From the NCBI RefSeq assembly GCF_009834535.1, contig NC_045697.1, positions 56,484,001-56,548,000 of the forward strand: a stretch of 64,000 nucleotides of DNA. The letters run 5' to 3'. This DNA is from Camelus ferus (lineage: Eukaryota). Position numbers and translations under genes: made by a program. Each line of letters starts with the position of its first letter. Position 1 is the stretch's first letter. The notes beneath the pieces are model-generated. The model was not told the origin of the DNA, did not search any database, and saw only the letters and a program-made list of their open reading frames with translations. Shown in pieces: positions 39,801 to 52,654 of this stretch.

Positions 39801-42800
39801 AAGATGGATTTTAGAAGACTACAATGACCTACAACAACCTCATCCAGTTGTATCTGCTATAACAGATATTGAATTTTTGCCAGAGTAGATTCGCATGGCC
39901 TTTGATATATGGGATGAGGCCACATTGTGTGTGTGTTTTCCTATCAGGAGAAAAGGATCAGACATTGTTTGTTCTCACTTGGATTATGTTATCTTTCCCA
40001 TGCTCTGTAAAAATAGAGTCCAACGGTTTAGACATCCTACAGAACCCCACACTGATCCACTCTATCAATGGCCTCAGGCTAATTGGACAATATGAGCAAT
40101 TAACGGCTAGTATATTAGCGGTCTTAGCAAGACACGTGGTTCGGAGGGTGGGTGACAGACTGCATGACTATTCAGGGGCCTGGCATTAACTGAAAAATTC
40201 TCAGAGCTTTAGTGGTCTGGAACATATTGAGGTATCCCTGACAAAATACACTATCCACACACAAAAAGAGGAAGCTCACACAGAATACATCTCTTCAGAC
40301 TGAGAGTGCCGTGTTCCACATGTGGAAATACTGTCCAAGCCATAAACTAGGTGACACAAAAGGCTTCCAGTTTTGAGGTGGCCCATAGCAGGAAAGTGCT
40401 TAGCAGCGGATTTGGGCTGTGATGTGAGCAACTCTTGTTGTGTTATAAATATCAATGATGGGGAAAACACCATGTGGAGTTTAAGGCCAGTCCTAATGGA
40501 TGACTCACAAGGACAAACCCTAGGGTTCTAGAGGAAGATCAATGCCACTTTCAGTGAAGAATTTTCTTCCTCTGGGAAAACAGCAGTTGCTGTAATATGG
40601 GGTTCTTATAGATGTGGAGGGACCAACCATGAGACAACCAGGCCCATGAGACTTGGGGCTATAACTGACCATCTAATACTGATTTATGTTAGATCCAACA
40701 AGCCATAAAGTCAAGAAGTTCTACAGTCATCTGTCTTAAACAGGAAGTGGTACATGCAGGATTGAGCAGGGACAGGGCTAGAGGGTACAGGCAAGTTGCA
40801 TGAGCATGTAGCCCAGATTCCTGTATTATTTACCACTTTTGCACCAGCACTTCTTCCTCAGTTAGCCCCTATGGCTGGTTGACAGATAAAGGAGAAGCCC
40901 AAGCTTAGTTTCCAAATGGGTCAGCTTAGTATATGAGTGCAAACTATAAATTAATGATGGATGTGCCACAGCCCCAGTCAAGTGGTAGGATACAAGTCCT
41001 CTGAAGTGTAGAGTTTTAGACAGTTACTTGGCCATCCATTCTGTAAGGAAAGAAAAGTGGACAAAATTAGACTCATGAGCAGTGAAAAAAAAAAAAGGCT
41101 TGATTAGCAGGTCATAGGACCTGGGCAAAAATGCCCAGAAAATCAGCAGTCTGGAGAAGAAGCATGCAAATACACACACACAGAAATGGGCACAATATGT
41201 GAAGATCTCTGTATTGTACCAGCAACAAAGAGCACCTGCCATGGAAAACATATTAAACAACCAGGTAGTCAAAATTACTCAGACATCTGAGTTCACTCAG
41301 CTTCTGTCATTGGGCATTATACCATTACTAAAAGTAAAATACATGTGCCCAAGAATCCGAGGTGGTAGCAGGAGTGGATCCTGATCATCTGAGCCTTAAA
41401 AGAATAGCCGTGATGGCATGGATGGAGATTATGCATGGGCCAAACAGCATGGGCTAACTTGTTAAGGCTAATATCACTACAGCTGTTGTCAAGTGTCCAA
41501 CCTGCCGGTAGTAGAGACCAATGCCAAGTCCCTGATATAGCAGCATCCTCTGAGGACACCAACAGCTACCTGATGGCAACCTTGCTACATTGGATCCCTT
41601 GCTCCCCAACAGCAGCAGCAAGAAATTTTGACAGGAATGTACACATATTCAAGCTATCATTTTGCACTTTCTGGTCACAAAAACTCAATCATCACCACAA
41701 TCCAAGGAGTTAAGAGTTTTCGATCTACTTGCACAGGAGCCCATATAACATCATGTTAGGTCAAGCAACTGACAAAGCAGGGGGTGAATGGAAATGGGTA
41801 TAAGATCACGGCATCCTCTGGACAGATTTACACACTGACTGAGTCAGAAGCTGCTGGCCTGATAGAATGATGGAGCAGCCTGTTGAAGGCACAGAGCCAG
41901 CACCTACTCACAGGTAGTACTTCCTGAGGCTGGAGCACCAGGCTCTGAAACTCAGTATGCGTGTTAAGCAGGAAAAAAAAAAGTACTTCTAACAGGTAGA
42001 ATAGCTGCATCCAAGAATCCAGGGCCAAAATCAAAGGCTGACCCTGCAAATCTGTGGCTTTAGAGGTCCTGATTCCCAAAGGAGGCCACAATGAAAGTTC
42101 CATTAACTACAGGCTTCAGATTCCTCAGGCCAAGGAATAAGCAGACAAGAAAAGAAGTCACCAGCTGGGCTGGGGTAATTGACACTGGTCGTCAGAAGGA
42201 GATAGCACTGCCATTACATAATGGGTTCTATTTTGGTTGCTCTCTTGAACAATTTTGACACTAAATGGAAAAATGCAGCAGCAACAAGCTAAAAAGATCA
42301 TAATGACCGGAAGCTCAGACCCCTCACTGATGAAGACCTGTTTCCTGCCACCAAGCAAACCTCGAAAGCCGTAAGAAGTGCTCAGAGTAAGGGGAGTCTT
42401 GAATGTAGAGAAGAGGAGGAGACGGTGAATATCAGCGGTCCCAAGACCAGCGGCAGCAGCAGAGCTGTAGTCCATCCCACTAACTTTCTCTTAGCAGTTT
42501 CCTCAAGGGGAAGAAGCCCCCAGAATCTGCCCAGAGGAGCTGCTCCCAGACCTACGTTAAAAACCTGTAACCCAGGGGAAAAGAGCCGGGCTCCAGTGGA
42601 CGCTGGGATGAGCCTCCCTGATACCCAATTCGTGATGAGAGCAGATTCCCAGCTGCTATGAGTGCTGCCAGCCAGCACAGTCCCCCTTCACACCGCCTTG
42701 GCAGAGGAGAGTCACATTGCTAAAGTCATTCCCCCTTCTCAGAAACGTCCACGCTCAATGACTGACTCAGGATAAAAAGGCCCCACCCCTTAGTTCAGTG

Positions 42801-43013
42801 AGGAAAAACTCTGAAGGGCCATCCCAGCCTCAGACCCTCTGGGTTACCTGAAACTTCTGAAATGTCACTGCAGGCCAACATCCCCCCTTGCTCAGTCCTA
42901 CCTCTTTCTCTCTTCTTCTTCCTTAGCTGTTGTGCTGCTAAGAGCAGCCCCCAGTAAACTTTGTGTACACTAATCTTCGTCTGACTTGATTTCTGGGGAA
43001 CCGACCTACGACA
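36876..43013 (+). mobile_element. Near full-length degenerate ERVL (class III) provirus with two LTR16-like LTRs
   Basis: 5' LTR 36876-37284, 3' LTR ~42592-43013; RT-like start near 39700; RNase H-like AIHSVRKEKW near 41030; integrase SEAAGLIE*WSSLLKAQ at 41844-41894; purine tract before the 3' LTR; all frames broken. Confidence 0.85.
37358..37690 (+). mobile_element. Solo LTR (ERV1-like) nested in the ERVL leader
   Basis: TG...CA ends (tgtaaaaaat ... ttaggtcaaca), AATAAA near 37635, 4-bp flanks tggc/tgtc. Confidence 0.8.
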
Positions 43014-43719
43014 AGTAGTAAAATGTTCAAATTCTTTTCAACATCTGATGTGGTGAATGTAAACTACCTTATTATTATGGAATGCACTAAATAGTTTATT
43101 AAATTAAATAAAATTACTTTAAGAAGTTTTATGACCCTTGATTTGCATAATTTAAAAATAACACTATAAGATGTTTTTGCTATGTGTTATTCTTGTAAGT
43201 TCTAGCTCAAATGAGTATTTAAATCACTATCATTTTGTAATTATCATAATCATTATTGAAGTTTCAATTATAAAGGGAAAAAAAGGCACCTGATTTTTTC
43301 TCTTTTGCCTAAAGACTCAATTTCTTGTCTGTTCTATTAAGGCACTCTAAGAATGTAGAGCAGTGATTCTCTGTAAAAATTGCATTTTAAGCCCTCATAA
43401 TAATGTCAAGATTTCAATCGGGAAACATTTCAGAAGTTGACTTTGTAGGTGGCTCTGTGAACAGCAGCAATAAGCATAAATCCAGAAAGATCTGGCGTTT
43501 TCAATTTTATAAACATTTGAAATTTAATAAAGGTTTGACATTTTTGGTGTCATTGTTTCCTTTTTGTTTTTAACAACAACAAAAAAATGTTTTCAACATT
43601 TGAAATTTATACTTTCAACCTGAAAAAAACTTACGGGAGTAAATTTTTAAAAAAAGAAAGAAAAAGACAATCACCTGAGATTGTCAAATTTAATTTGGAT
43701 AAACCTTGTACCTGCTTAC

Positions 43720-44031
43720 CATATGATGTGTATTTTGATAATCATATTGGAATACTTGATTGATTATACAATATGCTTTGTTTGATCATGATGTGAATTG
43801 CAATTTTAGAGCTTCTGGTGTTAACTGTCAAAGAGCCTTGGGCTGTTGACTTTACTCTGTGATGTATTGAATTGATTTGATTCATTCAATTGTACCCTGG
43901 ATGTCTTTGATCCTTTGTTGCTATTTCTCCTGGTAGTGATAAAACAGAACTACTCTAAAAATCTCTGAATTCCTGTAATTAAGACTTATCAGTTTTGTTC
44001 ATAGGATCTGTTACAAAATGTAAAGGGCATC
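43720..44031 (-). other. Candidate 312-nt exon, probably non-coding
   Basis: Acceptor tttattttctgtatttcccag|G (exon starts 44031) and donor ATG|gtaagc (exon ends 43720) in non-repetitive sequence; no long ORF. Confidence 0.25.
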
Positions 44032-44149
44032 CTGGGAAATACAGAAAATAAACTTGACGCTACCACGATCAGAGAGAAAAGAGTAATTTCATAAGGAGAA
44101 CTATAACACGGGTGACAATAAGGAAAACACAAACAGAGGAGTACAGCTC

Positions 44150-45510
44150 TTTCTCCATGAACTTCATCTTAAAATTATGTCTTGACTAACACTCTCAATA
44201 TTTTATCGAGATATCATTCTCTTAAGCCTGACCTCCTCTTGCTTATTATTTCCTTTGAAGTTTTCTGTCATCTCAACTTAAATTTCCCTAAACAACTAAA
44301 CTGTCTCACTTGACTTCCTCAGATCTCAAAATACCTCCATTTTGTTTACTTTCTCAGTCACTCGTGTACCAAATTATCATTGTATAATAATATTCAGTTT
44401 TCTCAGCTCTTTTATACAAAGCAGTATTAAAGTATTACATACTTTATCCTTTCTAAATTTTGTAAATTCATTGTGCCTAATGACACCACAGCTATTTATC
44501 ACCTAACACCAGGATTATTGAAAGGGCTATTTAATTGGTCTATTTATTCAAATATTTTACTTTCACTCAATCCTTCCAGAATCTCTAGTTAGATTAATTA
44601 TTCTTAAAAACAATAACAACAAAATTAGTTTAGTCATATTTTCATTTAAAAACTAACTTCCTAATAAAAAATAACTCATATCTAAACTGATTAAATCTGG
44701 TCCAAATCTGTCTTTTCATTTTTATGGTATATTCTACATATTTAATTCTAAGGGAAACTTAGTTTTTGCTATTGAAATTGTTTTGAGTATCACAGGTCAC
44801 AGTCTCTTTCCACAGTATTTTACTCACTTTCACATTAGTTGTACAAATTAGGGATGATCAACTGCTACTTGCCAGCTTCGTATACTGAGCTCAGAGGTCA
44901 AATTACTTGCTCAAGTTGACCCAATTTGCTGAACAAAGATTAAGCACACAGACTTCTGACACCATTGCTCTCTCTCTCTCTTTTTAAACCTGTCTTTCCA
45001 TTTCATCTGCTTAACTTCTTAATAAAATTAATTTTTTCCTATATGCCTTCTTTGGTTCATACTTTTCCCCTTACAGATAGCTCATTTTCAATTAATATAA
45101 ATCTTATCAATACAGTGTAGATCAAATTGAATGTCTAACATAAGGCCTTCCTGAAAATCAAAGGAGAAATGATCTCTACCCTCCTCCCTTGGGTTCCTTC
45201 AATATTTATAGTTTTAAAATCCATTCAGTTATTTTTTTAGTTCACTTATTAATTTAAAAGCTAAAGAATATATTGCATCAGTCATTATGTTTAGTATCAA
45301 TGAACAAAATGTCTATTTTTCTAGAAATGCTTAAAGCTACATTTCAACTTGTATTTATTATTTTTACCCTGCATTTTTATTCTTTTACTATAGCTATGTC
45401 TCACAATCCAGTCAGATTTCAGATTCCCTGAGGTCAGAGGCTACCATGTCTTTACATCTTGTATTCAACAAAGTTTTACACACTTAACATTGCATTTGAT
45501 GAAACTGACT
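44150..45510 (+). mobile_element. Scattered L2 fragments with an embedded MIR
   Basis: cagattccctgaggtcagaggctaccatgtc (L2 3' end); ctgagctcagaggtcaaattacttgctcaag (MIR, reverse). Confidence 0.5.
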
Positions 45511-45689
45511 AATGCTACTGAAAATAGGACATCTGGGCTCCACAGCAGTCATTTTTATTCTTATATAAGTAAGAAAATACATATCCATGAAAGGAGAATC
45601 GGTGATTGGTCCAATAGCAAGGAGTAATTGTAGGAATTCTCAAACTTGCTGCTCGTAACTTTTATGGTAAGTAAGCAGAGAGGGCAACA

Positions 45690-46080
45690 GTGCCTCCAGT
45701 TTTGAATGTGGATAATGAGGCTCACAGAACTTAAGAAATAAGCCTGGAGTCACTTAGATATAAAAAAAACTCAATCTGAGTTATAATCCAAATCTGATAC
45801 ATGAATGTGATTCCTCCAATCAGTCAAAATGGTTGGTGGATACAGATCCACACTTAAGCCTCCCTTAACTGCTAGACACTGATATAGGTTGTTTATGTTA
45901 TAACTTCTTTCAGAAACACTATGAGCTAGATGTTCTATTTTCTTCACTTTTCAGATAAGTTGAAGTATAGAATGCAAAAGTGTCCCGTTCAAGGTATCAC
46001 ACTTCTAAGTAGCAGGGATCAAGCAGTCAAACTCAGGAATTCTCATCTCAGCAGCCAAATTCTTCCCCACTATGCAAGTC
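45690..46080 (-). mobile_element. Two MIR fragments
   Basis: aatgaggctcacagaacttaagaaa; cacttttcagataagttgaagtatag...caaggtatcacac. Confidence 0.55.
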
Positions 46081-47002
46081 TACCTCTTTTAGTTATCACA
46101 GTAAAGGCAAAAAGTAAGACATGAGAGATGATAAATACCACAGTGTGCTAAAGCCATGGATTTAAAGTGTTAGAGAAAATACATTGTGAGATGAGAGATT
46201 TTAAAAGATAAGGAAGGAACCAATGGCAAGATGAAACAGATGATAGAGTCTAAACTATTCTTGCAGGAGTTCTGTTTCTCTTACTGTGGGAGACATGGGA
46301 ATATTAAAGGCAGAAAGTGCTGTCATATATTTTACTCTTCTAAGAAGAGTGTTACCTTTGTAAAGCAACTGTTCTCATGTGCTCCACTGGAATTCCCCTG
46401 TGTTGTCTCTCTCTTCTCTCCAGAGGGCAGAGCAGTGGTTCTGTGTTATCATCTTGGCATCCTTTGAAATTGTTAGCAAGTTTTAAGCAGAGTAAGCTCT
46501 CAATGAACATTTTTAAAAATTGAAAATAAATCCTCTCTCACACACACATACATAACGTATACATCTAATGAATGCAGCGCCATTGTAACTTCTAATTTCA
46601 TAAAGCTATGAGTAGATAATTACGTTGCACACCAAAACTCTGAAGAATGAGCCTATACATATCATGGAAGTTCCCACCGAAGTCAAAAACTTTTATTTTT
46701 CCCTCTTTTGTTCCCTTGATACATTACCTAGCCCATTTTACAATCATTACCAGGAGCGCCCAAGTTCCCTCGTTACAGCACTTCCTTCATTTTATACTCA
46801 TCACCAGCAGCAATGCCACACACTCAGCCTAACATAGAGATGCAGAAGTATCTCAAAAAATGAATTTTTTTTTGTTAAAAAAATCTCTCCAATTCCGAGA
46901 TTCAGAGTTGAAATTCCAAATATCTTTAGACTAAAATTTTAAAGTATTAGATCAAGAAAATTTCATGCTAAAGTAATAGTGTAGGCAGAAAGATGATAAA
47001 GT

Positions 47003-47507
47003 GTGGTAGGCAGAATAATACTCCCCACCAAAATGCCTATGTCCTAATCCCCAGATCCTGTGAACATGTTAGGTTAGGTGGCAAAGGGGGAAGAGGTTGC
47101 AGAGAGAATTAAGGTTGTTAAACCGTTGACCTTAAATAGGGAAATTATCTTGGATTATCTTGGTGGGCCCAATGTTACCACAGGGTTCTTAAAAATGAAA
47201 GAAACAGTCAGAAGGAGAGATCAGAGATATGATGTCATAGAGACTTGACCTGCTGTTGCTCTCCTTGAAAACGGAGAAAGAGGGCCACAAGCCAAGGAAT
47301 GTATGTGGCTTCTAGAATCTGAAAACGCTGAGCCATCAATTAAACAATAGAGTTTCCAGAAAAGAATATAGCCAGGCTGAAACCTTGATTTTAGTCCAGT
47401 GAGACATGTGTACTTCTGAACTGTAAAACTGTAAGATAATAATGTTATATCATTTTAAATGACTAAATTTGCAGTAATATGTTTCAGTGGCAGCAGTAAA
47501 CCAACAC
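47003..47507 (+). mobile_element. MaLR LTR (MLT1C/D-like)
   Basis: tgtggtaggcagaataat...gtcctaatcccc...ggattatcttggtgggcccaatgt...gccacaagccaaggaatg...aactgtaagataata. Confidence 0.9.
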
Positions 47508-48639
47508 AAAAGAGAGTAAGAGAACTGTAAATTAACTGAACATGCATTACATGCTAAAATGCTACACAAAAGTATTTTGAAACAAGGAGGAAGCCGTGGT
47601 GCAGGTACTATATAGTGTGTTTAGTATGCAGTTCATCAATATCTGAGTTTAGGGTGTGTAGGGATTGCAGACAAAGTATGTCTCCAATGTGAAATCCTAT
47701 GATAAAGGCAAGAGAAAGTCAAAAGCAGAATAAGATAGCAAAGGAGATGGAGCCATAACTTTGAAAACGCCAACCTCAGGTGTGAGGGGAGGAAAGGAGC
47801 TGGGAAAATCGACTAAGACCGGAAAAGGTAAGAGAATTAACAGCTATTTCAAGGGTCATAGGCATTAATAGGGAAAAAGGGCTGCACAAGGAGGGTGTGG
47901 CCAACCATGCCAAGTGCTTCTGAGCCAGATGAGTACTGGAAAGTGGGATGTCATTTTTGACCCTTACTCTGGAAATTGTAGTAAATTAATTTGCACAGCA
48001 GTGGTGGCTGGTGCAGAAGAAAGGGTGAAAAAAGGGGTTGTGGATTGAAAAAAACAGAAAGCAAGATAGTACTGAGGTAAAAATAGTTATATAAAATATT
48101 TATTTCTTCTAGATTGCATAAAATGTCTGATGGGCAAAAGTCTCATCCTGAAGAATTTCCATCTGAAATTATGTTGTATAATTTGTAAATAGCTATAGAA
48201 AATCAGTGCAATGAGATACTGCTCACAACAATTAATGTAGTGGCTAAGGAAAGGCACTTAAATATTGGCAAATTGAGGAACCAGGGGATTTTTAGGATGA
48301 ACAGCCTTTCCCAAAACTCCATGATATAAACCTGCTGCTTAAACTTTTGTAATGTATCCAATTTATGAGTCATATCCAAAGACAGAGGGCTTCTAAGAAA
48401 TACAGGTAAGGAGACTTTTCTTTGAGAACCGTATCTTGACCAGTGGTTTGTGAACATTGACAAAACAAACCTGTGAGCCGTCACGTTGATGTGCATACAA
48501 GGGCCAATTTGTCCAGATGTCTAATATGGCACAGATGGGCAGGCGAGGCATTTGGCTGTAGTTTTCTTGTAAACATAAGAGAAAGCAGTATCCAAAGCTA
48601 ACTTTTGAAGACAGTAGCCATCCAATTGGGGAAAGGTAC

Positions 48640-48805
48640 CAAGCTGGCTGACTGTCACAGCTCTAACTGTCATCAGCACCCTGCTGCTCTGTTGCTTGGC
48701 ATCTGGAGAGAGGTGCAGCCCCTATGCACACAGCAGAGCTATATCCAGGAACAGCTGTCAAAGCCTGCAGTAGCTCACTGACTAGGTTCCATGACCTAGT
48801 TAAGG
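48640..48805. promoter_or_regulatory. Candidate enhancer motif cluster (RORE, TGACAG x3, E-boxes)
   Basis: TAACTAGGTCA on minus at 48792-48802; CTGTCA at 48652, 48667, 48755; CATCTG 48700, CAGCTG 48752; non-repetitive, GC-raised. Confidence 0.35.
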
Positions 48806-49566
48806 ACTTGGACAATATTTTCCTCTTAGACTTTGTAAAGGTTGGTATGCTTTTTATATGTAAAATGTCAGATATGGAAGGTTAACTTCCATGGCACACA
48901 GCACCAGAGGAAAAACAGAAAGAGAGAGAGAAATATTTGCATTGAGTATTCTGCATGAATTTCTATCTCATTCAGCTAGGAAGACAGAACAAATCATTGG
49001 AAGATATAAAAATGTAAACATTTCCAACTTTGAAGTCACAGTCAGAGTGAGTGTAGGGGTGGGTATGGGGTGGGGTGGTGTGTGTCTGTGTTTGTGAGTG
49101 TTACCTTTTTAACACCTAAAATCTTTTGTGTGCTAGTGGAAATACAATATTTAGTACTCTAACAATCTTAAGTCATTTAATTTAGGGAAGTAAAATACAT
49201 TAACTGTATAAATATGTCTTCTCTTGCTATTTGCCAAGATGTTTGCCATAAATAAAAGTAGCTTTATTTAGAAAATAGCAATACATTTAAGTTTTCTCTT
49301 CTTTTTTTTCATATTTGTAGTTCCTAAAGAATTCTCAGTCACAGTTTTTTTAAACTTATTTGAAGATGGAAAATAAAAACTAGATATGAATAAACATCAG
49401 CATTCTAGTAAAATAAACATAGTTACAATGTTCTCAACTTTTGGTGTCTTTCATCACATCAAGTAAATATTAAAGCACTTATTTCCAGATATGTACCTTG
49501 AAAAGAAAGGAAAAGGGTAACTGAGGACAACCTCTGTCAGATGGACCTTTGGCGGATCAGGTCCAT

Positions 49567-49610
49567 GTTTTGTTTGGTTTTGTTTGTTTTGTTTTGTTTG
49601 GTTTTGTTTT
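49567..49610. repeat. Imperfect (TTTTG)n repeat
   Basis: Directly visible. Confidence 0.85.
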
Positions 49611-50539
49611 CTGTACTTTGAGAATTAGCAGGTTCTGTTTCTTTAAGCATTTCATGTTTACCACAAATCTTACCCCAGATAATGGTGTACACTTCTTTGC
49701 TTTCATATAATATAATCAGAAAAGTTTTAGATTAGGTAATTTTTGGTTTGGTGTATTTCCAACTGTGTGCCCCTATCAGATGTTACAGAGAGTAAGGAAT
49801 GTGGAGGAAACACAGAGAGTCAGGAGCTTTCATACTGCAAAGAATGTGTTACTATGTTCCAAGAGAGTTGGGGTCTTAGAGAAATTGTGCTGTTGAATGG
49901 AATAAAACCCTGCAGGATGTCCTGCATTCTTCAATATCTGAGAGTTTTTCTTCCCAGTTAAATATAGGTGTCTTTCCTATTTTGTGATTAAGAGATGTTG
50001 CCCTTTGTCAATTACACTTTTCAATATTGTTAAAAGAGGATTTGTGTATGTGTGAATTTAAGAGTACACAGGAATTTTTATGTTTTATACATTATGGACA
50101 ACTATATATTAAATATCATTCTAAGAAATTATTTGAACAAGTAAAGGTCAGGTAACAACTAAATTTTGGCTTTATCTAAATTATTTTGTTGATGTATTTA
50201 ATTATGCTATTTAATTACTTATTCAAATCCACTTTAGTACAGCAAGATTTTGAAGTTCCTTTTTAATTAGTCTATAATATAAAATGTATATTTATGATGA
50301 CTCCTTATATAGTTAAAATACACCAACAACCAAATAAAATTCAAAGAAACAAAACTAAAACATCTTTATAGCTCCAATATTTTCTCCAGTCTTTCATTAT
50401 TCCAGGAAGGTCATACATACAACAGAATGGGATTTACATAAATTACCCATATTAGATGATTATCATGTTTTATAAGGTAGTAACATATTAATTAAAGCTA
50501 TTATTTTGCACTATTTAAAAAAAAAACTTACTGTAGCAT

Positions 50540-51095
50540 CTAGCAGAACTATTGTATAATCTCGAATTCTCACTTTTGGATATCTATCTAAAAGAATTGA
50601 AATCAAGATCTCAAAGAGATATTAGCACTCCTGTGCTCATTGCAGAACTTCTCACAATAGTCAAGATGTGGAAACAAATGTCCACCAACAGATAAATGGT
50701 TAAAGAAAATGTGGTATATATACAATGGAATATTATTCAACCATTAAAAGAAGACGATTCTGAAAAATGTGACAGTGTGGATAAACTTTGAGGATATTAT
50801 GTTAAGTGAAATAAGCCAGTCACAGAAAGACACAATGATTCTACTTATATGAGGTATCTAAAATAGTCAATCCATAGAATCAAAGAGCAGAATGGTAATT
50901 TCCAGGGGCTGGCAGGAGAGGGAAATGTCAAGTTTCTAATCAGCAGGCATAAAGTTTTAGTTAAGCAAGATGAATAGTCTCTAAAGATCAGCTGTATAAC
51001 ATTGTACCTATGGTCAATAATGTATTGTACATTTGAACTTTTTTTAAGATTGTAGATCACATATTAAGTGCTCTTATCACAATAAAATGAAATTT
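50540..51095 (+). mobile_element. L1 3' end (L1MA-type)
   Basis: aaagaattgaaatcaagatctcaaagagatattagcactcc...ttgtagatcacatattaagtgctcttatcacaataaa. Confidence 0.9.
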
Positions 51096-51175
51096 AGATA
51101 AAGAAATAGGGAAACTTGTAGCATGACAAAAATTGTGGTACTCAAACAGTTATACAGAAAGGAGGTTTGACCTTC

Positions 51176-51385
51176 CGGGATCTTAAAATTGTAGAACAGA
51201 TAAACAAGATTATACTGTAAAGCACAGGGAAAGTATGCACAAGATCTTATGGTAGCTCACAGAGAAAAAAATGTGACAATGAATATATATATGTTCATGT
51301 ATAACTGAAAAATTGTGCTCTACACTGGAATTGACACAACATTGTAAACTGATTATAAATCAATAAAAAATGTTAAAAAAAAAAA
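51176..51385 (+). mobile_element. Young camelid-type L1 3' end (~210 bp) with poly(A) and perfect TSD
   Basis: ttgtgctctacactggaattgacacaacattgtaaactgattataaatcaataaaaaatgtt(A)n; TSD aaaggaggtttgaccttc at 51158-51175 and 51386-51403. Confidence 0.9.
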
Positions 51386-52654
51386 AAAGGAGGTTTGACC
51401 TTCATAGAAGCTTAGAACAGTCTTTGACTTTAAGAGGTTGCTTCTGGAGACATTGGGTCCTTTTATGAGGGAGCCACCGACTGAGACAAGGAGTGTCCAT
51501 TGAAAGCACTGTCTCCCAATTCCTGTCCCCCATAAAGAGAATGGACCATAATTTGAGTAAATTTCAGCTTGTAGGCAAATATCAGATTGTGAGTGGGATC
51601 ATTTTAAAAATAAGTTTAAAACCTTAAGAGAAGCAGAAGTGGAAGTGAGCTAAAATATGCATTGGCCTTTACAATTTATGATATATAGGAAGAAGATCTT
51701 GGTAATTTCAACTTTTTTTCACCTCTAAAATGCTTATGTTAACCTTTTTTCTATCACATCTAATGGAATGTTTAAATCCTTGCACAATATTTTATTTGTC
51801 AGCAAGTATGTGAAAATGAAACAACACAGAAAGTGACCTTTAGCTTCCACAGGCTGTGTTATATATGTTATAGTCACAAAATCACAAAATACTCAACTAG
51901 TCTACAATAAGAGGGAATCAGTAATAAATCTGAACTTTATAATATTTACAGACATTTTACAAGTGCATTTTTAACCTGAAGTTTGGATTTACTACATATC
52001 ATAAGACATTGTTTTTGCTCCCTCTTGAGGATAATTTTTAAAAACTCTGTGTCTCTGTAGTATATTTTGGATTATTGCTTTAAAAAGTAATGTCTTTGAA
52101 GACTGTAACTCTGTCTTTTGTTTCCCACCCAATGGTTTGAATATACTGAATTGTTTGTTGAGAACTTTCATGATTGACAGTCAGGAGGAAATTTATCCTT
52201 TGATCTTCAAAAGCTACCCAATATAGCTCATTCTATGAGAAATTGAATCTTTTCACGGTATTATGGCTCCTTTGTTGCCACCTAACATTATGCAACATTT
52301 ACTAATTTGATAGTAATAAAGATTACTAAAGTAATACTACAGATGTAACACCCTGACATATAAAAACTCACTGGGAAATTAAAACATAGCAAATGGATTA
52401 TAGATGAATAATATTAGCACTATATTACATTTAATTAAAATTATTTTGGTAATAGCACATTAAATTACAGGCTTAGTGGTTATTATTCATCTGTTATTAA
52501 GAGATTTCTGAGTTTCTAACATAGTACAAATTGTGGACCAGGTATTCAATAAATACTATTTGGAAATATAGAACAGGAAATAGTGATTTTCAGTCCAAGA
52601 CACCATGCCTCAACAACTTATCTATTTAACAAATACTAAAGAAACTTCTTTTAC

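Noticed and set aside
44004..44093. Plus-strand mini-exon DLLQNVKGILGNTENKLDATTIREKR
   Set aside because: Short pyrimidine tract and weak donor (AGA|gtaatt); no other plus-strand exons
49541..49566. 8-bp inverted repeat atggacct/aggtccat
   Set aside because: Too short to exceed chance; no miRNA-length stem
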